64,000 nt of DNA, taken from contig JAHBZV010000001.1 of the NCBI GenBank assembly GCA_019635275.1, positions 199,626 to 263,625 on the forward strand, given 5' to 3'. Positions 24,865 through 33,011 of the stretch are shown piece after piece. The stretch comes from Burkholderiaceae bacterium (GTDB lineage Bacteria > Pseudomonadota > Gammaproteobacteria > Burkholderiales > Burkholderiaceae_E). Positions within the stretch are counted from its first letter, which is position 1, and every line of letters starts with the position of its first letter. The notes under the pieces were generated by a model. It made no database searches, had not been told where the DNA came from, and worked only from the letters and a program-made list of their open reading frames with translations. The position numbers were made by a program, and so were the translations under genes.

Positions 24865-25178
24865 AAGCAGCAGTCAAGTCCAAGCCGGGAGTGACGACCG
24901 TCCGCTACGACGTCGCCGAGCAACTACGTGATCCCCGTGAGATGGCCGCTTACCTCGACGCGTGGCTCCAGGATGCCCCTGACGACGCGGGCGGCATCGT
25001 CCGTGCGCTCGGCGACATCGCGCGTGCGCAAGGCATGACGTCGGTCGCACGCGCCACGGGCTTGGGCCGCGAGAGCCTGTACAAGGCGCTCGACGCCGCC
25101 GGAAACCCGAGCTTCGCGACCGTCCTGAAGGTCGTCCGCGCGCTTGGACTTCGCTTGCGCGTCGAAGCGCGTCCGTAG
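24858..25178 (+). CDS. Addiction-module antidote protein (HI1420/TIGR02684-like HTH antitoxin)
   Basis: YDVAEQL...RALGDIARAQGMTSVARATGLGRESLYKAL...GNPSFATVLKVVRALG. Confidence 0.9.
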   Translation: MVKAAVKSKPGVTTVRYDVAEQLRDPREMAAYLDAWLQDAPDDAGGIVRALGDIARAQGMTSVARATGLGRESLYKALDAAGNPSFATVLKVVRALGLRLRVEARP

Positions 25179-25242
25179 CGAGTGCGCCCGACTTGGCATC
25201 CCGATCCGGATTTGCAGCGGCCGCGCCGGACTCGCGCCCGGG

Positions 25243-25956
25243 TTACGCCGGGATCGTCAACCCACGCGCCACCGCCGGCCGCGCGACGAACGCCGCCAGC
25301 GCTCGCGCCACTTCCCTGAACTCGCCGAAGCCGACCAGCTCGCCCGCCTCGTAGAACCCGACCAGGTTGCGCACCCACGGAAAGGTCGCGATGTCGGCGA
25401 TCGTGTAGGCGTCGCCCATGATCCACTTGCGGCCTGCCAGCCGCTGCTCGAGCACCTTCAGCAGCCGCTTCGCTTCGGCGACGTAGCGGTCGCGCGGCCG
25501 CTTGTCCTCGAAGTCCTTGCCGGCGAACTTCGTGAAGAAGCCCACCTGGCCGAACATCGGGCCGATGCCGCCCATCTGGAACATCAGCCACTGGATCGTT
25601 TCGTAGCGCGCCACGGGGTCGGCCGGCAGGAACGACTCGCGCCCTTCGCGCGCGCACTTCTCGGCGAGGTAGATCAGGATCGCGCCCGACTCGAAGAGGC
25701 CGAGCGGTTGGCCGCCCGGACCGTTCGGGTCGACGATCGCCGGGATCTTGTTGTTCGGGTTCAGCGACAGGAACTCGGGCGACAGCTGCTCGTTCTCCTG
25801 GAAGCTCACCAGGTGCGGCTCGTAGGGCAGGCCGGTTTCCTCGAGCATGATCGAGACCTTCACGCCGTTCGGCGTCGGCCGCGAATAGAGCTGGATGCGG
25901 TTCGGGTGCTGCGCGGGCCACTTCTTCGTGATCGGGAAGGCGGAGAGGTCGGTCAT
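25243..25956 (-). CDS. Glutathione S-transferase (YfcG/YghU, Nu class)
   Basis: QLYS.PTPNG.K, LNPNNKIPAI, LFESGAILIYLAEK and YTIADIA; start ATG 25956. Confidence 0.92.
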   Translation of the reverse strand: MTDLSAFPITKKWPAQHPNRIQLYSRPTPNGVKVSIMLEETGLPYEPHLVSFQENEQLSPEFLSLNPNNKIPAIVDPNGPGGQPLGLFESGAILIYLAEKCAREGRESFLPADPVARYETIQWLMFQMGGIGPMFGQVGFFTKFAGKDFEDKRPRDRYVAEAKRLLKVLEQRLAGRKWIMGDAYTIADIATFPWVRNLVGFYEAGELVGFGEFREVARALAAFVARPAVARGLTIPA

Positions 25957-26045
25957 GGCGGGCTCTTGGACGGAGCCCCGAGGGTAGCGCAGCGCGTGCC
26001 GATCCCTCCGGGACAACCCTGCCGGCATGAAGTTCCGCCTGGGCA

Positions 26046-26072
26046 TGTAACCGATCGCCGCGCGCCGACGAA
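26046..26072 (+). promoter_or_regulatory. ECF16/SigF-type promoter TGTAACC-N16-CGAA
   Basis: Exact match to the SigF consensus as I recall it from Caulobacter, 83 bp upstream of the cytochrome b start. Confidence 0.7.
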
Positions 26073-26155
26073 CTAGGAGCCAGGTTGCACGACCTGGCTC
26101 GCCACCCCGGCGGCCGTGCGTCGCAGCCCTTGCAGGCGTTGCCAGGGGACGTGCC

Positions 26156-26752
26156 ATGACCGCAGCCGACGGTTCCATCCATCCATTGTGGGTTCGCGCC
26201 ACGCACTGGCTGAACGCCGTCGCGGTGGTCGTCCTCGTGGCGAGCGGCTGGCGCATCTACGACGCTGCGCCGTTCTTCGGGTTCGCGATTCCCGCGCAGT
26301 TCACGCTGGGCGGCTGGCTTGCCGGCGCGATCCAGTGGCACTTCGCGGCGATGTGGCTGCTGGCGGCGAACGGTCTCGCGTACGTGCTGCTGAACCTGGC
26401 CACCGGGCGTGCCGCGCGGCGGTTCCTGCCGCTGTCGCCGCGAGCGTTCGTGGCCGACCTCGCTTCGGCCCTGCGCGGCCGGCTCTCGCACGCCGACCCT
26501 GGGCGCTACAACGCGGTGCAGCGCGCCGCCTACCTGTTCGTGGTGCTCGACACGGTGCTGCTGGTGCTGTCGGGGCTGGTGCTCTGGAAGTCGGTGCAGT
26601 TCCCGCTGCTGCGCGAGTGGATCGGCGGCTACGAGGCCGCGCGCCGGGTGCACTTCGTGGCGATGGCTGCGCTGGTCGGGTTCGTCGCGGTTCACCTGGC
26701 GATGGTCGCGCTGGTGCCGCAAACGCTGCGCACGATGGTTCTCGGCCGCTGA
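26156..26752 (+). CDS. Cytochrome b subunit (Ni/Fe-hydrogenase cytochrome b-type), partner of the Mo-oxidoreductase
   Basis: RATHWLNA, SGWRIY, QWHFAAMW, YNAVQR and RRVHF. Confidence 0.88.
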   Translation: MTAADGSIHPLWVRATHWLNAVAVVVLVASGWRIYDAAPFFGFAIPAQFTLGGWLAGAIQWHFAAMWLLAANGLAYVLLNLATGRAARRFLPLSPRAFVADLASALRGRLSHADPGRYNAVQRAAYLFVVLDTVLLVLSGLVLWKSVQFPLLREWIGGYEAARRVHFVAMAALVGFVAVHLAMVALVPQTLRTMVLGR

Positions 26753-26765
26753 ACGCAAGGAGACG

Positions 26766-27545
26766 ATGATGAACCGGACACCGCTTCCGAAGCCCGCCGT
26801 CGACGCCGACGCCGTGGTGAAGGAGGCAATGAGCCGCCTCGGGCAGCCGGCGCGCCGGCTGTTCCTGCGTCGTTCGCTGACGCTCGGCGGCCTGTCGCTG
26901 CTCACCGGCTGCACGCTGGCCGACGGCAACGGCGTCGAGGCCGCGCTCGCGCGCGTCTCGCGCTTCAACGACCGGGTCCAGGCGTGGCTGTTCGATCCGA
27001 AACGGCTCGCGCCGACCTATCCGGAATCGATGATCACGCGGCCGTTCCCGTTCAACGCCTACTACGGCGAGGACGAGGTTCGCCGGGTCGACGGCGCGGG
27101 CTTCCGGCTCGAAGTCGGCGGCCTGGTGGCCGACCGGCGCAGCTGGACGCTCGACGCGCTGCGGGCGCTGCCGCAGGTCGACCAGGTGACGCGCCACATC
27201 TGCGTCGAGGGGTGGAGCGCCATCGGCAAGTGGGGCGGCGTTCCGTTCGCCGGCTTCCTGCGCCGAGTGGGCGCGGACACGAGCGCGAAGTACGTCGGCT
27301 TCGTCTGCGCCGACGACTACTACACGAGCATCGACATGGCGACGGCGCTGCATCCGCAGACCCTGCTCGCGCTCACCTGGGACGGCGAGACGCTGCCGCC
27401 GAAATACGGGTTCCCGATGAAGCTGCGGATGCCGACCAAGCTCGGCTACAAGAACCCGAAGCACGTCCGGGCGATCTTCGTGACCAACACCTACCCCGGC
27501 GGTTACTGGGAAGACCAGGGGTACAACTGGTTCGGTGGCAGCTGA
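26766..27545 (+). CDS. Tat-exported molybdopterin oxidoreductase, sulfite oxidase family (MsrP/YedY-related)
   Basis: RRLFL twin-arginine plus LLTGC, HICVEGWS (Mo-ligand Cys), GFPMKLRMP.KLGYK and GGYWED.GY. Confidence 0.88.
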   Translation: MMNRTPLPKPAVDADAVVKEAMSRLGQPARRLFLRRSLTLGGLSLLTGCTLADGNGVEAALARVSRFNDRVQAWLFDPKRLAPTYPESMITRPFPFNAYYGEDEVRRVDGAGFRLEVGGLVADRRSWTLDALRALPQVDQVTRHICVEGWSAIGKWGGVPFAGFLRRVGADTSAKYVGFVCADDYYTSIDMATALHPQTLLALTWDGETLPPKYGFPMKLRMPTKLGYKNPKHVRAIFVTNTYPGGYWEDQGYNWFGGS

Positions 27546-27617
27546 ACGCGATTCGGCTGCGCCGGAACTGCGGCATCGCTGCCGCACTTGTCTCCAACCC
27601 TCGAAGAGGAACTCACC

Positions 27618-27869
27618 ATGATCAGGATCACCGCGGCGCTCGTTTCGATCGGTCTCGCCCTGGCCGGCGGCAGCGCCTGGGCCCAGGACGCGATGAAGAA
27701 GGACCCGATGGCGAAGGACGCCATGTCGAAGGACGCGATGGCCAAGGACGCGATGGCCAAGGACACCATGAAGAAGGACGCCATGAAGAAGGACGCGATG
27801 GCGAAGGACGCCATGTCGAAGGACGGCATGGCCAAGGACGCGATGAAGAAGGACGAGATGAAGAAATAG
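27618..27869 (+). CDS. Pentapeptide MXKDX repeat protein (secreted, methionine-rich)
   Basis: Signal peptide ending AWA-Q, then 12 DxMxK repeats. Confidence 0.92.
   Translation: MIRITAALVSIGLALAGGSAWAQDAMKKDPMAKDAMSKDAMAKDAMAKDTMKKDAMKKDAMAKDAMSKDGMAKDAMKKDEMKK
27687..27866 (+). repeat. 12 x 15-bp imperfect tandem repeat (GAC NNN ATG NNN AAG) coding the MXKDX repeats
   Basis: Directly visible tandem units, e.g. GACGCGATGAAGAAG and GACGCGATGGCCAAG. Confidence 0.9.
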
Positions 27870-27901
27870 CGCCCGAAGGCCGCCGCTCGCGCCGCCGCCG
27901 C

Positions 27902-28747
27902 TCAGATCATCGCCAGGGGCGCCGGTCCGCTCGGCGGCGCGAACGACCGGCCCAGTTCCTCCGCTTCCGCCTTCGTGAGCGGACGCGACAGCACCGCCGC
28001 GTTCTCGCGCATCCGGTCGCGGTGCGAAGTCTTCGGGATCGCGATCACGCCCGGGCGCGACAGCAGCCACGCGAGCGCGAGCTGCGCCGGCGTGCGCCCG
28101 ACTCGCTCGGCCATCGCCCCGAGCTTGCGGTGGCGCAGCAGCCGCGCCTGGTCGATCGGCGAATACGCCATCACCGCGACGTGGTGGCGGCTCAGCCACG
28201 GCATCAGGTCCCATTCGATGCCGCGGTGCGAGAGGTTGTAGAGCAGCTGGTTCGCCGCGACGTGCGGGCCTCCGGCGATCGCCCACAGTTCCTGCATGTC
28301 GGCGAGGTCCAGGTTGCTCACGCCCCAGTGACGGATCTTGCCTGCGCGCCGCAGCGCCTCGAAGCCCTCGACGGTTTCCGCGAGCGGAATCGTGCCGCGC
28401 CAGTGCAGCAGGTAGAGGTCGATGCGGTCGGTGCGCAGGCGCCGCAGGCTGCGCTCGCAGGCCGCCGCCGTGCCTTCGCGCGACGCATTGTGCGGATAGA
28501 CCTTCGTGACGACGAAGGCTTCGTCGCGGCGGCCGGCCAGCGCCTCGCCGACGAGTTCCTCGGCGCGCCCGTCGCCGTACATTTCGGCGGTGTCGACGAG
28601 GTCCAGCCCGAGGTCCAGCCCGAGCCGGATCGTTGCGATCTCCTCGCGGCGCGTGGCGCGGCTGTCGCCGAGGTTCCAGGTGCCCTGGCCGAGCGCGGGG
28701 ACGGATTCGCCGCCCGGAAGCGTTACCGCAGGGAGCGAGGCGTCCAT
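27902..28747 (-). CDS. Aldo/keto reductase
   Basis: LGQGTW, DTAEMY, TKVYP, DLYLLHW, GVSN, AYSP and IPK; start ATG 28747. Confidence 0.92.
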   Translation of the reverse strand: MDASLPAVTLPGGESVPALGQGTWNLGDSRATRREEIATIRLGLDLGLDLVDTAEMYGDGRAEELVGEALAGRRDEAFVVTKVYPHNASREGTAAACERSLRRLRTDRIDLYLLHWRGTIPLAETVEGFEALRRAGKIRHWGVSNLDLADMQELWAIAGGPHVAANQLLYNLSHRGIEWDLMPWLSRHHVAVMAYSPIDQARLLRHRKLGAMAERVGRTPAQLALAWLLSRPGVIAIPKTSHRDRMRENAAVLSRPLTKAEAEELGRSFAPPSGPAPLAMI

Positions 28748-28788
28748 CGGGGCGCGATCGCGAACGACTGCGCGCGTCCCGTCTCGCG

Positions 28789-29403
28789 CTACCGCATCGC
28801 CTTGCCGACCATCTGCAGGATGTCGTCCAGCGGGTTGCCGTCGCGATTCAGGTCGAGCATCGACGCGAGCCCGCCCAGGCCGCCGCCCGCGCCCGCGCCG
28901 CCGGCCGCCTGGCCGCCCAGCAGGCTTCCGAGCAGGTCGCCCAGCCCGCCGCCGCCTTGCGGGGCAGGCTGCTCGCTCGCTTGCGCCGACGTACTCGCGC
29001 CCTGCTGCCTGGCGATCAGGCCCGCGACCACCATCGCCAGCATCGGCAGCATCTTCTTCAGCAGCGACGTGTCGAGCCCGGTCTGCGAGGAAGCGTTCTG
29101 CGCAACCGCGCGGCTCACGTCCCTGGAACCGAAGATCTGTCCCAGCACGTCGTTGCCGCGCTCCACGTTCGTCGGCTGCGGGGCCAGCACTTCGTCGAGC
29201 AGGCCGCCGCCGCCGAGTTGGCCGAGCAGGCCGCCGAGTCCTTCCAGGCCCGAAGGCTGCGCCTGCGCCTGCTTCTTGAAGCCTCCCAGGATCGCCGGCA
29301 GCAGCGCTTCGGCGCCGCTGGCCGCCTGCGACTCGCTCACCCCCAGTTCGCGTGCCATGGCCTGGAGGCCGCCCATCTGGGCAAGGATGTCTGTCAGCTG
29401 CAT
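28789..29403 (-). CDS. DUF937 family protein
   Basis: MARELGV...GNDVLGQIFGSRDVSR...LLKKMLP...LDLNRDGNPLDDI. Confidence 0.8.
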   Translation of the reverse strand: MQLTDILAQMGGLQAMARELGVSESQAASGAEALLPAILGGFKKQAQAQPSGLEGLGGLLGQLGGGGLLDEVLAPQPTNVERGNDVLGQIFGSRDVSRAVAQNASSQTGLDTSLLKKMLPMLAMVVAGLIARQQGASTSAQASEQPAPQGGGGLGDLLGSLLGGQAAGGAGAGGGLGGLASMLDLNRDGNPLDDILQMVGKAMR

Positions 29404-29477
29404 GCGGGTGCCTCCACGAATGGGTCATGACGCCCGGCGCCGCCGGGAGCGGCCCGCGCGCGGCGGGCCGGAAGGGC

Positions 29478-29789
29478 TCAGGCCAGCTTGCCCAGCGTGC
29501 CGGTGGCTTCGGCGAGCAGGTAGTAGAACGTCACGCGGTGCTTGGTTCGATCGCTCTTCATCTTTTCGATGACCGTCTTGATGCCGGCGTCGGCTGCCGC
29601 GGCGTCGAGCCCGAGCTTCTTGGCGGCGAAGCCGTCGCGCACGGTGGCCAGCTCTTTCGGATCGGTCGTCGAGACGAGCGACGAATCGGCATTGCGAAGC
29701 GCGATGCCGCAGTAAGCGACGATTGCCTTGACCGCGGCCTCGTCGACGTTGGCGGTGTACTTCCTGATGTCTGCGACGTAGTCACTCAT
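29478..29789 (-). CDS. DUF2853 family protein
   Basis: DSSLVS.TD..EL..VR..F..KKLGL and KHRVTFYYLLA. Confidence 0.8.
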   Translation of the reverse strand: MSDYVADIRKYTANVDEAAVKAIVAYCGIALRNADSSLVSTTDPKELATVRDGFAAKKLGLDAAAADAGIKTVIEKMKSDRTKHRVTFYYLLAEATGTLGKLA

Positions 29790-29872
29790 TGGGGGCTCTC
29801 CTGGATGGACATGGACGAGTCACGGCGAAGCCGCGGAGCCCGCGTTGCGCCATGCGCCTGCCAACGATGATG

Positions 29873-31669
29873 TTAGGAGCCTGGGGGCGCGCCGGCTTGA
29901 CCGTGGTCAATGTGTGCCGCCCGTGCACCGGCGCGCTCGCCGATCTGCTGCCGCCACATCGCAAAGTACAACCCCTTGCGCTCGAGCAGCTCGGCGTGCG
30001 TGCCGCTCTCGACGATCCTGCCCTTCTCGAGCACGTGGATCGTGTCGGCGTGCATGATCGTGGACAGTCGGTGCGCGATCATGATCGTGATCCGCTCCCG
30101 CTCCTGCGAAATCCTGCGCACGGTCTCGGTGACCTGCGCTTCGGTCAGCGAGTCGAGCGCCGACGTGGCCTCGTCGAAGATCAGCAGCCGCGGCTGGCGC
30201 AGCAGCGCGCGGGCGATCGCCACGCGCTGGCGCTCGCCACCCGAAAGCTTCATGCCCATCTCGCCGATGCGGGTCGACAGCCCTTCGCCGGTCTTCCGCA
30301 GCAGGTAGGCGCAGGCGGCCTGCTCGAGCGCGGCGATCATTTCGTCGTCGGTCGCGTCAGCCTTCACGAACTGCAGGTTCTCGCGCAGCGTTCCCGAGAA
30401 CAGATGCGTCTGCTGGGTCACGAAGCCGATCTGGCGGCGCGCCTCGTTGTAGCGCAGCTCGCGGGTCGAGATGTCGTTGTAGAAGACCTCGCCTTCGGCC
30501 GGCGTGTACAGCCCGACCAGCAGCTTGACCAGCGTCGACTTGCCCGACCCGGACGGGCCGACGAATGCGAGGCTGTCGCCGAGCCGTGCCGCGAACGAGA
30601 CGTCGTCGAGCGCGTTCTCGGGCGCGCCGCGATGGCGAAAGCTCACGCCTGCAAAGCGGATCTGCGAGATCGGGCCCATCTCGACCGGCGACTCGGGCCG
30701 GCGCTCGATCGGCTTGCGCATCAGCGCGTCGAAGTTCGCCAGCGACGCGTCGGCCTCGCGGTAGGCGAGGATGATGTTGCCGAGTTCCTGCAGCGGCGTG
30801 AAGATCGCCACCGAGATGAACTGCATCGCGATCAGTTCGCCGGTGCTCAGCACGTTGCGGAAGATCAGCCACAGCAGCGTGAAGAGGATCGACAATTTCA
30901 GCAGGCTCAGCGTCGTGCCCTGCAGGAACGACAGCACGCGGATACGCTTGACCTTCGCCATCTCCAGCTCGAACAGCTTCATCGTCTGCGCCTGCAGGCG
31001 GCGGATTTCCGGGAAGGTCAGCCCGAGGCTGCGGATCAGCTCGATGTTGCGCAGCGCCTCGGTGATGAACCCGGCGTTGCGCCCGGTTTCGCGCACGATC
31101 GAGCGCTGCTGCGCCTTGATCTGCCGGCTGAGCAGGCCGGTGAGCCCGCCGAGCACCAGCACGCCGATCAGGAACACCGGCACCAGCGCCCAGTGCCGGG
31201 CCAGCGCGTACCACGCCAGGAAGCAGATGCCGACCAGCGACGCGAACAGCGTGTTGATGAAGGTGTTGATGAAGCGCTCGGTGTCGGCGCGCACCTTCAG
31301 CAGCAGCGACAGCGTCTCTCCGCTCGACTGGTCCTCGAACTCCTGGTAGCGCAGCCGCAGCGTCTGGCGCAGCCCGTCGTTGAAGATCTGCGCGCCGAAA
31401 CGCTGCACGACCAGCCGCGTCACGTACTCCTGGAACGCGCGGGCGAGGCGTGACAGCACCGCGACCAGCACCGCGAGCGCGAGCAGGCGCAGTGCGCCCG
31501 AGATGAGTTCCTGGTCGGTCTTGCCGGCGCGGCCGATCGCGTAGTCGTCGATGATCCAGCCGAAGATGATCGGATCGACGAGCGCCAGCACCTGGCTCGC
31601 GGCGGCGAGCAGCAGCGCCAGCGCGATCAGCGCGCGCTGCGGCTTCATGTAGCGCCAGAGCAGTCGCAT
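29873..31669 (-). CDS. ABC exporter, fused permease/ATPase (MsbA-like)
   Basis: N-terminal TM domain; GPSGSGKS, LSGGERQR, FDEATSALD and IAHRLST. Confidence 0.92.
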   Translation of the reverse strand: MRLLWRYMKPQRALIALALLLAAASQVLALVDPIIFGWIIDDYAIGRAGKTDQELISGALRLLALAVLVAVLSRLARAFQEYVTRLVVQRFGAQIFNDGLRQTLRLRYQEFEDQSSGETLSLLLKVRADTERFINTFINTLFASLVGICFLAWYALARHWALVPVFLIGVLVLGGLTGLLSRQIKAQQRSIVRETGRNAGFITEALRNIELIRSLGLTFPEIRRLQAQTMKLFELEMAKVKRIRVLSFLQGTTLSLLKLSILFTLLWLIFRNVLSTGELIAMQFISVAIFTPLQELGNIILAYREADASLANFDALMRKPIERRPESPVEMGPISQIRFAGVSFRHRGAPENALDDVSFAARLGDSLAFVGPSGSGKSTLVKLLVGLYTPAEGEVFYNDISTRELRYNEARRQIGFVTQQTHLFSGTLRENLQFVKADATDDEMIAALEQAACAYLLRKTGEGLSTRIGEMGMKLSGGERQRVAIARALLRQPRLLIFDEATSALDSLTEAQVTETVRRISQERERITIMIAHRLSTIMHADTIHVLEKGRIVESGTHAELLERKGLYFAMWRQQIGERAGARAAHIDHGQAGAPPGS

Positions 31670-31699
31670 CGGGGGGGCGGTCTCGGGCCGCGGGCGCCG

Positions 31700-32167
31700 T
31701 CAGTACCCGAGCGCTGCGAGCAGGGTCCTGCAGGCCATGAAGACGAGGATCAGCGAGCCGATGCTCCACAGCGTTGCGCGCGTGTCGTGGGTGCGTGCGC
31801 CCAGGTACGCGGCGAAGTGCAGCAGCCGCGAGACCACGTAGCCGTAGAGCAGCACCTGGGCGAGCAGCAGCGGCGGGTCGGTGAGCACGTACAGGAAGCC
31901 GGCGACCAGGAAGAACGGGATGTTCTCCAGGTCGTTCATCTGGATCCGCCGGATCCGCTCGACCCGCTCGTTGGGCGCGAGCTGCTTCGGGTCGGGCGAC
32001 GGGTTCAGCGGCGTCCTGCGCAGGTCCTCGGGCGACCGGAAGCCGGCGTTCTCGGACATCATTCGATAGACGGTCAGCCACGACATGCCGACCGCCTTGA
32101 GGATCATCAGCGTGGCGGCGATCACGTAGGTGGCGAACAGAGGGTCCTGCAGGCTCGGCGTCTCCAT
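31700..32167 (-). CDS. MAPEG family protein (microsomal GST1-like)
   Basis: VERIRRIQMNDLENIPFF and SRLLHF; start ATG 32167. Confidence 0.85.
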   Translation of the reverse strand: METPSLQDPLFATYVIAATLMILKAVGMSWLTVYRMMSENAGFRSPEDLRRTPLNPSPDPKQLAPNERVERIRRIQMNDLENIPFFLVAGFLYVLTDPPLLLAQVLLYGYVVSRLLHFAAYLGARTHDTRATLWSIGSLILVFMACRTLLAALGY

Positions 32168-32208
32168 CTTCGTCTCCCCGGTCAGGTGGATATCGGGACA
32201 GCAGGCGG

Positions 32209-32874
32209 CTAGAAGCGGAACCCTCGGGTCCGCCGGTAGTACTGCGCCGGCCGGTGCGCGCCTTCGGCGAACTCGCCGGGCACCTCGACGAACTCCTTGC
32301 CTTCCCTGAGCTTGAGCCGCCGCCGGAACGCGCTCTTGTCCAGCGCCTCGCCGGTGATCGCTTCGCAGGCCCGCTGCAACTCGGTCAGCGTGAAGCGGTC
32401 GGGCAGCAGGTGCAAGGGCAGCGCGTCGTGCTCGATCTTCGCGCGCAGCTGCGCGAGCGCTTCGGCGAGCTGCCGGTCGTGGTCGAAGGCCAGCTCCCGG
32501 CCCGGCCGGTCCGGGTCCACCCACTCGATCGCCTCGGTCTTGTGGCCGGCCACCGCGTCGATCCGGTCCTTCGGAAGCAGCGCGTAGAACAGCACGCTGA
32601 TCGACCAGCCGCGGCTGTCGCGATCCCGGCCGCTGAACGCGCACACCTGCTCCAGGTACGGGATGTCGAAGCGGACCTTCTCGGCGAGCACGCGCCGGGC
32701 CGAGGCGGCCAGGTCCTCGTCGAGCGAGGGTTTCAGCGCTCCTCCCGGGAGTGCCCAGCGGCCCCGCTCGGGCTCGTTGGTGCGCTTGACGACCAGCACC
32801 CGCAGCGCGTCGCCATCCAGCGTGAACAGCGCGACGTCGGTGGTCACGAACGGAAAGAGCTTGTCGCCGGCCAT
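32209..32874 (-). CDS. nrtR: NrtR family regulator (degenerate NUDIX domain + winged helix)
   Basis: WALPGG, YLEQV..F...RD.RGW, LAFDH, FTLTELQ, LDKSAFRRR and HRPAQYY; the NUDIX box lacks catalytic glutamates (RRVLAEK). Confidence 0.88.
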   Translation of the reverse strand: MAGDKLFPFVTTDVALFTLDGDALRVLVVKRTNEPERGRWALPGGALKPSLDEDLAASARRVLAEKVRFDIPYLEQVCAFSGRDRDSRGWSISVLFYALLPKDRIDAVAGHKTEAIEWVDPDRPGRELAFDHDRQLAEALAQLRAKIEHDALPLHLLPDRFTLTELQRACEAITGEALDKSAFRRRLKLREGKEFVEVPGEFAEGAHRPAQYYRRTRGFRF

Positions 32875-32875
32875 G

Positions 32876-32896
32876 TTATTGACACAAGTGCACTAA
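32876..32896. promoter_or_regulatory. Candidate NrtR box TTATTG-N9-CACTAA
   Basis: 21-bp imperfect AT-rich palindrome next to the nrtR start, in the divergent spacer. Confidence 0.5.
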
Positions 32897-33011
32897 GCGC
32901 TTATGATAGTTGTATGCTGCCACGAAGTGAGGGTGCGCGGCAACCGCGGAGGCGGTTGCGCTGCTCGGACAGGAGGGGAGGCATGGGTGACGCGAATGCC
33001 GGAGGGCGCGA

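Noticed and set aside
27687-27866. Tandem repeat considered as a CRISPR array or multi-core RiPP precursor
   Set aside because: Units are 15 bp, contiguous and in frame with no spacers, and no cas or RiPP-modifying genes are nearby; the MXKDX protein explains it fully.
26984-29572. Very long alternative-frame or antisense ORFs (e.g. 26984-29572 +, 38752-41589 -, 34413-36584 +, 60049-62145 +)
   Set aside because: Arg/Ala/Gly/Pro-rich shadow frames of well-supported genes, expected in high-GC DNA.
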